NCBI GenBank assembly: GCA_963695345.1
Contig: OY968769.1
Coordinates: 2,208,001 to 2,272,000 of the forward strand
From: an uncultured Methanomassiliicoccales archaeon
GTDB taxonomy: Archaea > Thermoplasmatota > Thermoplasmata > Methanomassiliicoccales > UBA472
Direction of reading: 5' to 3'
DNA: 64,000 bases
Below are positions 29,432 through 40,655 of this stretch, in pieces. The notes under the pieces are model-generated. The model was not told where the DNA came from, made no database searches, and saw only the letters and a program-made list of their open reading frames with translations. Each line of letters opens with the position of its first letter. The first letter of the stretch is position 1. The translations under genes and the position numbers were made by a program.

Positions 29432-31373
29432 TCAACGCTGGATGACATATGATTGAACGGCGCCGTCATCGTATATCCTTTCCTCAGGGTTCAACTGCAA
29501 TATTATATTTGATGTTGAATTGTTAATATCGATCTTGTAGCTGTAGAGCACATTCTTTACCGAGCTGAATAGCAACATACCTCTGTTCTCGAGCTCGCCC
29601 GATCTCAGTATCACATAACCGCTGCCGATATAGGTGATGTTACCGCCAGTCAGGATCCTGGTGGAATAATCGCTCAAATGGTACAGATCGCGGACCGTAT
29701 AGTCATCTGAATAAAGTGGCTGAGAGTAGTTGCCAAAGGTCGCGACGCTGCCGAAGGCGGTAATTTCCTGAGCGTTGAAATAATCAGAGCTGGTCTCCTC
29801 ATTCCATGGCAAAGATGTGTCCTTAATGGCGCCCGTCATGGCAAAGAAGCTGCTAACTGAGATGATTGCCAATATCATGACTACGGAGATCACTGGGCGG
29901 ACCGATGCTTTGATCAGGGATTTGTTCCCTACGACGAAATACATTATGCCATAGCCCAGGATGATGGCGACGAACGGAGTAACCATCAGAGGGAGCCTGT
30001 AGGTCAACAGAACCCCCGATCCTGGAAGGATCTGAAGGACCCCTGGTATGAACATGGGCAAGAATATCAGGCCGGCCAAGGCAAAGACGTACTCCTTGGA
30101 ATGGCCTTTCCGACCTTTCTTCAAGATGGACCATGCTCCGATCAGGACGAAGAATACCACGAATATGAAAAACAAATTTCGAAGAATGATTAAGAAGGTC
30201 GCCTCCGGAACCTGCAGAGACCGATCCAGTGTCCTGGAACAATGGACTCAGATAGTACGTCAGCAGCAGTCTTGTGGTATCATAGGATGCAAAGAACAGA
30301 TACGCGATTATCGTGATGGTGAACAGGATAAGGAACGTACTCGAAATGCGGGATGCCTCTTCCTTTTTTCCCAATGTCATCCTCTGGATCAAGTAGACCA
30401 CGAACAATATCGGGATAACATAGACCACTGTCACCAGATGTGTGAAGATCAAGACCCAGCTCATTATTATTGTCAATAACGTAAAAATAAATCTATTGTT
30501 TTCGGTCTTGTTGAAGATCAGATATAGAATGAGGATGAAGAATATGAAAGCCAGAGACCTAGTGATGGTATAGCTGCTGTAGAATATGATCTCGGGACTT
30601 ATGGCGAAAAGAAGGGCTATCAAGAGTCCGATGGTCGTGGAATTGAAGATCTTGCTTGAGATCAGATAGGCCAGGAAGATCCCGGTCAGCCAAGCCAATG
30701 CCATAAGAATGAACAGGGCGGGGCCGATCTCCAGGCCGGTCAACAGGACCCCTTCCGAGATCAAGATGTGGAAGATAGGGAAATTGATGTAGGTCAACGG
30801 AAGACCGTTGATATTTCCGTCGTTCAGTACCGCGGAAATAAAGTGCATATGGGACAGGGTATCCGTGAATCCAAAATACAGGGAATATTTCAGGGTAAGG
30901 CTCCACGCAAGAGTCAGCGAAAGGGCGCAGATTTCAGCCAGGACGACCTTACGGCTTATGGACGTGTTCGAGATCATGATCTGTAACACGGTAACGAGAC
31001 AGATCGCTGTCAATAATACGAAAAATATTACATTCCTGGAATCGAACGATAATAGGGCAACAATGCTCCACAGGAATAGAATGGCATTGAGCAATACTAG
31101 GTGGCCAAGACTTACGCGTTCACGTATCACGGCCATTATTCTTCCAAAATTGTACGTTTGGTTATTGTTGGCGTCGACCTTCCTGAGCAGGTATAGGCCC
31201 GCTAGGGCCATGGGGACGAAGATCACAGAACTGCGCAGTGTGAAATCTATGCTCTGAAAGATAACCAACTGGACCGTGAATCCGATCAAAGAGAAAATCA
31301 GAAGCAGGTATGGAAAGTAGTCAATGATTTTTCTCGTTGTGGATGATTCAAGAAATGACTCTTCGGATTTCAT
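29432..31373 (-). CDS. Polytopic GT-C-like membrane protein (DUF2206-like), frameshift near 30175
   Basis: GFTDTLSH, Y.NFPIFHIL, THLVT, RIYDDG; homologous to 6923-8929 and 51359-53275. Confidence 0.7.
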
Positions 31374-31869
31374 ATGGGCCTAATTGGGAATACGAATCTC
31401 ATTATTCAAGTTATCTCCATTAAAAACGGTTTTGTCTATTTAAAGGCCGACCTAGCCAAACGCGCTGCCAGACAGTAATTTTAACGATAGCAACTAGGTA
31501 GAATGCCGATATGATGGATGTTCTCCTTGAACATCCTATACGTGACCCTCTTGCTCTGGCCGGTCAAGGCAAGGTCAGGTCGTTACCCACCTGGATGCCC
31601 CCAATCTAGAAAAGACGGTTTCATTGCGCACAATATTATTATTGCTTCCAGATATCCCATCCCTCGGCACGAGGCTATCTCAATTCAAGGTCTTTGTCGG
31701 ACAAGACTTTGGGCTCTGGATGGAGTCTATTCATGCCGAGACATAATTATTATTTGCCATTTATGATTAAGAGTCGGATGGTTCTATAGAACCATTCACT
31801 TGGAATTATTGCGAACTAACAAGAATATTTAAATAGTAAATTTTGATTATTATGGTTCCAGTGGACAAT

Positions 31870-33167
31870 ATGGAAATTGATCACCCATTCTCAATTCAAT
31901 CTGGATGGGTGGACATCACACCAAAAATAGCGGTTCCATTGGCTGGATCGCATTTTCCTAACTCCAATTTCGATTCCATAATGGCTCCCATAGAAGCTAA
32001 TGTCGTTATCATTCAAGTCAATAAATGAATCAACAATCAAAGAGTGATTCTAGTTTCTATCGACGTGTTATTTATTGGCCATGAGTTCAAAGATGAATTG
32101 GTATCAAAGATGGGGGGTCTGGTTAAACCCGCGGAGATGGCTATCTGGGCAACTCATAACCATTATGCCCCGCCACTCGATCCTGGCAAACCCAAATTGG
32201 GGCAGTGGAGTGAGCAATATTTTCATTATGCTACCGATCTCGTTTCCAAGTTGATCATTAGATTAACACAAGAAGAGCCGAAAGAGGGGTACCTTAGTTA
32301 CGGCTACTCTCAAAACGATAGATTGACGATCAACCGTAGGAAAAAAGGATTGTATCTCGAGAGAAAATCTCCAATTTTCAGGCCCCATTGGGGCATGCTA
32401 ATGTTGCCAAATGAACGCAAATATCGGAATGGCAAAATATCCACGATATCGATCCGCGACGTTCAGGGAAAACAATTGGCGTTGATATGGAATTTTGCTT
32501 GTCATCCAGTGAGTTCGCCTGGAAAGAATGACGTGAGGTCTGATTATCCAGGCGAGATCAGGAGATTGCTGAGAACTCAAACCCATTCCGAAATCCCGGT
32601 CGTCTTTCTCCAAGGGTTTAGTGGAGATCTAAAACCTCCATCGTTCGAAAAAGTTCCTAGGAACAGTGGATTCAAGAGAAAAATATCCTATCACATGATG
32701 AATATCATTAATGGCAAAAGCTTCAGTCATTTCGACGAACAAGAATGGCCTGGATATATCACATCAATATGGGATGCGACAAAGGCTGCTTCAGATAGAT
32801 TCCAATCAAGTGAAGTTAGAGCCCGTCTTGGAGTTGAAATCGAAAGAAGTTCCCCTAAGCAAACTTGGACTAACAAGTGAAAAGAACTTGAAATTGACTT
32901 CCATTAAAATTGGTGCTGTACGAATTATTGCATTCTCAGCTGAACCAGTTGCAGAATGGGGTCCAATAGTAGATCAGGCATTCCCGGGCGAAATACTGGT
33001 TACCACTGGTTGTTTTGAGGACGTTGGATGTTATCTGCCAGTGGAGGACATGATTAAACGAAGGCGGTTATGAGGTTGTTGAATTCCAGGATAGATTCAA
33101 CATCTCTGGCCACTTCAAGCATGGCATGGAACAAGAGATAACCACTTCGCTACATGAATTGAAATGA
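31870..33167 (+). CDS. Neutral/alkaline ceramidase-like amidohydrolase; interrupted (in-frame TGA 32026-32028, frameshifts ~32830 and ~33060)
   Basis: VDITP..PLAG, LVSID, ATHNHYAP, NRR, WNFACHP, SDYPG, FLQGFSGD, SAEP, YLP...GGYE. Confidence 0.65.
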
Positions 33168-33359
33168 TGGGATAATGCACTTCCATCAGGGGCAATACGG
33201 GCGAGCCGACCGATGCCAACTTTCAGCGAAAGAAATACAATCTCGGCCATGGGCAGAAGCTTAGCCACCACATTGGGAGATCACTGACAGGATGATGCCT
33301 GCACCTTGAGTTGACAGAAAAGAAGTCAAAGTGGCTTGGAATTCTTGATCCAACCCCTT

Positions 33360-33911
33360 TCAAAGTTCAATATCTTGATGCTCGTGATTCTCATTCTTCC
33401 TTTCGAATCCGAGTTTCAAAATTGCCTTCTGCGACGCCTCATTACCAGAATCGGCTGTGATCAGGATACTATCAAATGATGGCCCGTATTCCTCACAGAT
33501 CATTCTTAAGGCCTTAGTGTAGATTCCTCTTCCGCGATAATATTTCGATGTTCTGCAATGAAATATCATTCCGTAATTGCCTTTTCTTTCAATTAATTTC
33601 ATATTATTATACGGAATGTATTTGCTTAGGTCACAGAAGCAGTATACCCCTACGATTTCCTCATTTACGACTGCAAAATTAATTATCGCGCCATGATCTT
33701 TGTGCTTCAGGGCGATGTTCAATGATTTGACAATGTCATTGCTCACTTTTTTATTTTCAATATCGGTTTGAAAAGATATTTCACTGTTTGGAATCCTATC
33801 GGTGTTATTTGAAGTGGTTTTCATTGATATTGGAGAAATACCACTATCGATTCTATTATGATAGAATACATCAATCATTCTGAAATCGACTACCGTTCTG
33901 ATAAAATTCAT
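33360..33911 (-). CDS. GNAT family N-acetyltransferase
   Basis: CRT..YRGRGIY, N.ASQKAILKLGF. Confidence 0.8.
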   Translation of the reverse strand: MNFIRTVVDFRMIDVFYHNRIDSGISPISMKTTSNNTDRIPNSEISFQTDIENKKVSNDIVKSLNIALKHKDHGAIINFAVVNEEIVGVYCFCDLSKYIPYNNMKLIERKGNYGMIFHCRTSKYYRGRGIYTKALRMICEEYGPSFDSILITADSGNEASQKAILKLGFERKNENHEHQDIEL

Positions 33912-34572
33912 AACCTGGCCGAATAACAGACCTTATTGATTAAAAAGCTTTTTAAAAAACGCCATCTTCATTTTCAAGCGAGATATCATGCTCAAATAAA
34001 CATTCAAATTCGTTGTTGGCAGAAAGAAACCAAAACTAATTAACAATTGATAATATTTATGGTCCAAACAAAAGAGAAGGTGAAAAACTATCAGTGAATG
34101 ACCGCAGATAGGTCCGGATCACGCCAACCAGACATTCCTTTCCTAATGATCTTGGAGGTCATCGTTTAGACATCAGAATTTAGGTCCCTCCCTTCTCAGG
34201 GCTTGAACCATCCGGCGACCATCTATTCCCACTCAATTGCATCCACGATTCACCGTTCGGTTCTGCCTAACGAATAGGGCGTGAGACCTACCCGGGAAAC
34301 GGTGTCCAGCCGATTCTGGACGGTATCAATTCTGATAGCCGGGACTAAACGTTTGACTACAATAGAGGGGTTGTCTTCTTACCTGCGAACATGCAAGCCC
34401 CTGCCGTTAGGTATTAGAATGACGACCCTGACCTTAGTTAGTGATCCTTGGCCCGATCGCAGCGCCGACCGAAGCCAAGGAAACAGTATCCGTCACCATT
34501 TGGATATTGACACCTTGGTCACCTTTTCATCGATTTCATATTTCTTAGGATATAAGGAAAGGGGGCGCGGTC

Positions 34573-37500
34573 GTGAAGCTTAGAACCTGCCTTCTGATGT
34601 TCATCGTCATCGGATTGATGTTCCCCGGCATCACCGTCACGGCGGACGATGCCGTCGCCGCCGGGACCTATGATTATAAGGTCTCATCGAACGTCGTTCT
34701 TGATTCAGGAGGAAGCGCCGTCTATACTGCTGCCTCCTTCACCGCCGCTTTGAACTGGGCGTTGACCCATGTGAACACCAGGACCTACGTTCCGGCCGGG
34801 ACGTACACGCTCACGGCCCACGTCTACTTCGGTACGGGAACCACCCTTTTCGGCGATGGGGATTCGACCGTCTTCACCGCGACCGCCTCCCGCTTCTTCT
34901 ATATCAAAGGGGTCTCTGACGTCACCTTATCATCCTTCAAGTTCACCGGCCACCTGCAGGTGTACGGGTATAAGGCCGGGGGCACCTGCGGGGACTGGAC
35001 CTTCACCGACGTTCACGCCACACAATTGACCGGGGACATGGAATCGGGTTTCTGGATGTACGTCGGGACGAATGGCATAATCGACGGCATCACCTTCACA
35101 CGTTGCTCCGTTACTTATTCCCAGACCTACGGATTCCTGCTGTTCGGCGATGACAATAGTTATTCGGGTAACAGCCTGATCAAGAACGTGGCCTTCACCG
35201 ATTGCGATGCCAGCCACAACGGCGGCGACAACATCGGCTGGATCAACGCCTGGATCACCGGATACGATCTGGTCGAGTGCACCACCGTGGAGAACATCGT
35301 ATTGACGAGATGCACGGCGACCTATAACTGGTGCTCCGGGTTCCACGTCGAGTACGGGGCGAAACCGAAGAACATCGTGCTGATCGATTGCGTCACCAGC
35401 TACAACGGGCAGAAGCCCAACTGCGAACAGTACTACGGCTACGGGTTCAAGTTCCAGAACTTCCAGGTACCGGGGGTCACTTGCACCAACCTTGTCGGAA
35501 CCGGCAATCACGAGGGGTTCACGCCGATCTCGATGACTGCGTCAAGCCTGAACATGAAGACCTGGGTCAACACCGTCAGCGGCAGGGCGTCGTCCGGATC
35601 ATGGTATCCGGCCGGAGCCCCGGGGCGAGCACGGACCTCATCTTCACGAAGCTGGGCTCGAACGCTAACTGCGTGATCGATACCTACTACAAGTCAGTGA
35701 AGCTCCTCTACTACTATGGCGGAACCATCACCTATGCCACACCGTCATCGGGCACGGTGTCATCGGCACCGACCAACCTGGCCTCGACTTTGACTGCGGG
35801 AAAGGTCGCCCTGACCTGGAGCGCACCGGCCAGCAACGGCGGGTCGGCGATAACCTCGTATAATATTTACCGGGGCACCTCCGCCGGAGGGGAATCGGCC
35901 ACGGCGATAGGCACCAGCACCTCCCTGGCATACACCGACTCGAACGTCGTTGCAGGAACGACCTACTACTACGTGGTAAAGGCGGTCAACTCCGTCGGTA
36001 CCTCGGCCGCCAGTAACGAGGCGTCCCGCTCGGTCCCGGGAACGGTGCCGTCGGCACCGACCAACCTGGCCTCGACATTGTCCGCGGGTAAGGTCTCGTT
36101 GACATGGACCGCTCCGGCCTCGAGCGGCAGCAGTCCCGTGACCGGATATGTGATCTATCGCGGCACCAGTTCCGCCTTAACCGACCAGGTCTCGATCGGT
36201 TCGTCGATCACGACCAGCTATCTCGATACCGCGTCATTGATCGGTACCTACTATTACACCGTCAAGGCTGTAAGTTCGGTCGGTTCCTCGCCCGCCAGCG
36301 CATCGATCTCTATGACGGTTGAAGTACCAAGCACCGTCCCAGGGACGGTCAGCGGAGTTAACGCGGTCGGTTCCATCGGACAGGTTACGTTGAATTGGAT
36401 AGCACCATCCAACGGCGGGTCGGCAATAACAGGCTACAAGTTGTATCGGTCCACCGTTTCCGGTTCCGAAACACTGGTGGCAACTCTCGGAGCTGTCCAT
36501 ACCTATGCCGATACCGGTCTCATCAACGGCGGGACGTATTACTATAGAATATCGGCGGTCAACGCCATTGGGGAAGGTCCATTGAGCTCAGAGGTGACGG
36601 TTACCGTTTCCGCTCTGCCTTCATTCATCTCCGTGCCCGAGAATGAACTGACCGTGGGGTCCGTATACTCATACCAAGCTCTGGCGTCCGGTCAAGGAAT
36701 GACCTATTACCTTTCATCGAATGCCACGTTCCTGTCGATCGATTCCGGCTCGGGGACTATCTCCGGCACGGCGGACATGAGGCACGCTTCTTATTATGTT
36801 CATATCACAGCCACTGGTTCCAGCGGCGCGGCATGGCAGAACTATACCCTGTTCGTCAACGAGACGATGCCGCAGATCCTGACGACGGACATATCCTCAG
36901 GGAGTGATCGGAGAGGATTACTCTTACCTCATCGTAGCATCGGGAAGTAACCTTACCTTTTCCATGGATACTAATGCCACGTTCCTGACCATTGACCCGA
37001 TGACAGGCGAGATAACCGGGTCCCCGACGTCATCCGGTTCCTGGCCATTGAGCGTGACCGCTTCAAATTCAGCCGGAAACGATGTTCATACCTATTCGTT
37101 CAACGTGGTCGAAGGCTCACCCGCGTTCATTTCGGTTCCTGTACTTAACGCGACAAATGGAATATGTGTATTCATACGTCCCGGACACCTATTGGAAAGC
37201 GGCATCATACTCGATGACGACGAATGCCACGTTCTTGGTCATTGACAGCGTCCAAGGGATAGTATCGGGCATTCCGGACAGAGCTGGCGACTATGCTGTG
37301 AACATTACCGCGACGAATTCCTACGGGTCAGCTGTTCAATCCTATGTATTGCATGTGGAGGAGGCGATCCCGGTCGAACCGGTAACTCCCGATGAGGACG
37401 ATCCCGTCATCGTGTTCTCACCTCCCTCGTTCATCTCCGTCCCGTTAAGAGAGCTTGGCGCCGGAACTGACTACTCCTACCTTGCATTCGCCTACGGTCA

Positions 37501-38113
37501 AGGGCTGACCTATTCCCTTTCATCGAACGCTACCTTCCTTTCGATCGATGCCAATTCGGGATACATATCCGGTACTGCGGATAGCGAGCGTGCTTCCTAC
37601 TACCTGATCATCTCGGCTTCTAATTCCAGCGGCACCGCATGGCAGAATTTCACACTGTTCGTTAACGTGACGATACCGCTGATAGTGACCATGGACATTC
37701 CTGAGGTATTGATCGGCGATGACTTTTCCTGCGTTCTTGAGGCGAATTGTAGAGGTCTTGCATTCTCGATGTCGACAAATGCCCCGTTCCTGACGATCGA
37801 CACCGTGCAGGGCGTGATATCCGGTACGCCGGAGAAGGCCGGCGACTACATTGTCAATGTGACGGCGACGAACTCCAACGGGTCCACGATGCGGTCGTTC
37901 GTGCTGAAGGTCATGGACAACGTAATGAACTTCACGTCGGGGACCATCATCTCTACATCGTCGATCATTGGACCCATTGAGAATGGGGATGGAGTGGATT
38001 CGGTCTCATCAACCATCATGCATAAGGTCCTCATCGTAAGCGGTTTGGGGCTTGTGTTATTCGCCATGGTGATGGCTGTCAAGAGGACCTTGAAGGATTC
38101 CAGGAAGTGGTGA
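34573..38113 (+). CDS. Large cell-surface protein: signal peptide, beta-helix domain, 3x FN3, several putative-Ig/cadherin-like repeats, C-terminal TM anchor (about 3 frameshifts)
   Basis: N-terminal domain closely similar to 21023-22355; FN3 repeats APTNL..LTW.AP..GGSAIT.Y.IYRG; repeats TNATFL.ID..SG.ISG.P; C-terminal VLIVSGLGLVLFAMVMAVKR. Confidence 0.8.
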
Positions 38114-38167
38114 ACGGAATTCAATTGCTGGCCATACATGCTCTGGACGCAATGCTTATTAGAAGCA

Positions 38168-38207
38168 AATAAGAATAAAGAATAAAAGAGGCCGTCCCCG
38201 GCCTCGG
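38168..38207 (-). terminator. Hairpin plus U-rich tract terminator of the pilin-like gene
   Basis: GAGGCCG-GGGA-CGGCCTC followed by TTTTATTCTTTATTCTTATTT on - strand. Confidence 0.7.
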
Positions 38208-38246
38208 ATTGTTGGGATTTACGGCTGGTTTCTATGACCTTGTAGA

Positions 38247-38831
38247 TTATGCGGCAGCACCAACAGCGGAGACAGTCAATAGGTAGGCTCCAGTTGAATG
38301 GTATGTTATTTCCACAAAGAAGTGGGCTGTCTGTCCAGGGACGACGTCTACAGGCGGTGTCGTTGTTATCGTCCCAACTCCTCCAGCATCTGCGGCACCT
38401 GCATGGGACGGATACGAACTCAATGTATCGAATTGCACATCCAAGAACGAAAGGCCATTGTAATAGATGTCGATGTCCACATCTCCTTGCGTCAATTCGT
38501 AGTTCGCCGATGACTTAGTGATGGTAAAGGTCGGCGTAACTTCCTTGTATGCGGCAGAAGACTCTAGCACGACCTCCATCCCATAATGCTTCCCAACGAT
38601 CAAATTGTCTGTAGCCGGGTAGGCAATTCTTCCACCATCGGTCCAATCATTCTCAGTAACAGTTATGCCGGTGGAATCGTTAACAACCCAATTGTTCCTC
38701 ACCGTTTGCGGTTGCAGAATAGTTGTCATAACAACTGCGCCGACAAGAGCGCTAACTGTTAAGATTATTCCAATTATCGCTAATGGCGACAAGGCTTTGC
38801 CTAATATTTTCATTTGTTTCGTATTTACCAA
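38247..38831 (-). CDS. Putative type IV pilin-like protein (class III signal peptide)
   Basis: Basic N-terminus, KA/LSPLAIIGIILTVSALVGAVV resembling archaeal pilin [KR][GA]|xSPhh; strong SD GAGGAGG; beta-rich globular domain. Confidence 0.55.
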   Translation of the reverse strand: MVNTKQMKILGKALSPLAIIGIILTVSALVGAVVMTTILQPQTVRNNWVVNDSTGITVTENDWTDGGRIAYPATDNLIVGKHYGMEVVLESSAAYKEVTPTFTITKSSANYELTQGDVDIDIYYNGLSFLDVQFDTLSSYPSHAGAADAGGVGTITTTPPVDVVPGQTAHFFVEITYHSTGAYLLTVSAVGAAA

Positions 38832-39015
38832 TCTCCCCCGCCCTCCTCCTCAGAAAGACGTAATTATTGGACTACTTATGCACTATATATTCATTATTAT
38901 AACTAATAACGGTACGATAATACTGAATATAATTGAGTCTAAAGTAATATATTCTATAATAGATAATAAGATGATACCATATCGTTTACCACGAAACTAT
39001 CTGCTGTTAGACACC

Positions 39016-39370
39016 TTAGGTGGGTGGTTTAGGGAACAGGTCTGTTTTTAATGCCTTATCGAGCTCGGCGACCTTCTTCGTGATCTCAATCAGGTATGAC
39101 TCCCTTCCCTGTTCGAATCGGTATACCTTGCGAAACATCTCGATGACGTCAAGCGGGGAGAGCCGGGCGGTCAGCCCGGCCTCCCGGACGCGCTGCTCTA
39201 GTCCGGTGTAAGCCTACAGGGTGAGGAACGAGACGAAGACGCGGCCGAAGGCCGCCTCATCATCCTGGGGGTAGGTGCGGGGGGCATTGGGGTCGGTCTT
39301 GTGAGTGTCGAATAGCTTCTCAACCGCGTCCCTCTGCTTGTGGAGGCGATAGATGTTTCCGGGTGTCCAA
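39016..39370 (-). mobile_element. IS remnant: C-terminal part of an IS1634/IS4-like DDE transposase with internal stop
   Basis: - strand reads IYRLHKQRDAVEKLFDTHK...RTYPQDDEAAFGRVFVSFLTL*AY...ITKKVAELDKALKTDLFPK (Y-R-E-K signature region). Confidence 0.7.
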
Positions 39371-39487
39371 TACCTTCGAGAAATGATCGGTTTCGATATC
39401 GGACTATTGACTAACCTACCGAGTTAAAGTTAATTTGGTCAACTGTCACCAATATGGCAATTTCGGAAATCATCGGACTGGAAACCA

Positions 39488-40519
39488 CTACTGGTCCCGG
39501 TAGGCTGGGAAAAAGTTGGCATCTCTTAAGTTGCCGCCGTTTCCATATGCATACTTGTTATATTTCTCACTGTCATAAATATGCTTTAAAATATTAAATT
39601 GCAGTTCTTTCTTTGAGAAGGTTCGCTTGAACTCTATCAGACCGGGCCTCGAGGAGATCCCCCCTCCAAGATTCAACGCACGGCATCCTCTCTCTTTGTA
39701 GTAATTTGCCATGTCAAATATGAGCTTGTTATTCATCCCAACCCCATTGGAAAGATCACTTCCAGCCAAAAAGTAGGTAGAGATTCCGGAATACTCCAAT
39801 CCAATGACTCCGGATACCATTCTTTCACCATGGCAACATTGCAGCAATTGAGCTCCCTTGATCCTTGACAGTGAGTCAATGAACTTGTGGGAGAACATGT
39901 ATTTCGATTCCGCCTCGGTCCTGATCATAGTGTCGGAGTACAGTTTGAAAAAAACAGATACCTCGTCATTTGACTTGCCCGTGCGGAATTCCATTCCATT
40001 CTTATTAGCGAGTCTGACAAATCTTCTGCATTGCCCACCCATATCCTTCTTCCAGTCGTGTCCCTCCGAAAGATTCATCACGACGATACTCCCAGCCTTC
40101 TCCGAAGGAGCGTAAGGCATTCCTTGAAGATATGCAAGCATCGGATGCATACGAAAAAATCCCGAAACACATCCCGAATCGATCATAGATGATGTGAACA
40201 TCTGACCAAAAAGGGTCCATGTGTTTTCATCCGATGGCCGATTCGACAGCGGTCCCGCATATCCATAGGGGGATACGATATCGAATTCATCAGTTTCAGC
40301 CAGATGTATCCTGCGTACAATGAATGGATTGACAATAGTGACATCATTATGATGAAACACGGCAAGTTTCGGAATCCCGAACATCGGGTTTTTACTATCA
40401 GGTTCATGGAAGCAATTGCAGTAATCGTAAGAAAATGAGAAATCGAACGATGGGAGCTCTCTGATCGCTTCCTCCCATTTTCGTTTATTCTCAATGTCAA
40501 CGATCTCGAAATCAACCAT
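39488..40519 (-). CDS. GNAT/FemAB-like acyltransferase, copy A
   Basis: DIVSPYGYAGP, RMHP, LNLGGG, FKRTFS, FFPAYR. Confidence 0.85.
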   Translation of the reverse strand: MVDFEIVDIENKRKWEEAIRELPSFDFSFSYDYCNCFHEPDSKNPMFGIPKLAVFHHNDVTIVNPFIVRRIHLAETDEFDIVSPYGYAGPLSNRPSDENTWTLFGQMFTSSMIDSGCVSGFFRMHPMLAYLQGMPYAPSEKAGSIVVMNLSEGHDWKKDMGGQCRRFVRLANKNGMEFRTGKSNDEVSVFFKLYSDTMIRTEAESKYMFSHKFIDSLSRIKGAQLLQCCHGERMVSGVIGLEYSGISTYFLAGSDLSNGVGMNNKLIFDMANYYKERGCRALNLGGGISSRPGLIEFKRTFSKKELQFNILKHIYDSEKYNKYAYGNGGNLRDANFFPAYRDQ

Positions 40520-40655
40520 TCCAAAAAACTATTAGAGGTTCGGTTTAAAAATTGTTTGCAGTCCACGGCTCAATGACACGATTCAGTCAATATCCCAAAG
40601 GAGCAAGTTGATAATCTAATAATATCCTGAATGTTAGAATTGGATTGAATAAGGC

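Noticed and set aside
39470-39490. Pyrrolysine read-through at TAG stops (e.g. both GNAT copies, 25473, 11733, 8957)
   Set aside because: The TAGs fall at the expected family C-termini; read-through extensions are short, not conserved in length between paralogs and do not fuse to downstream ORFs.
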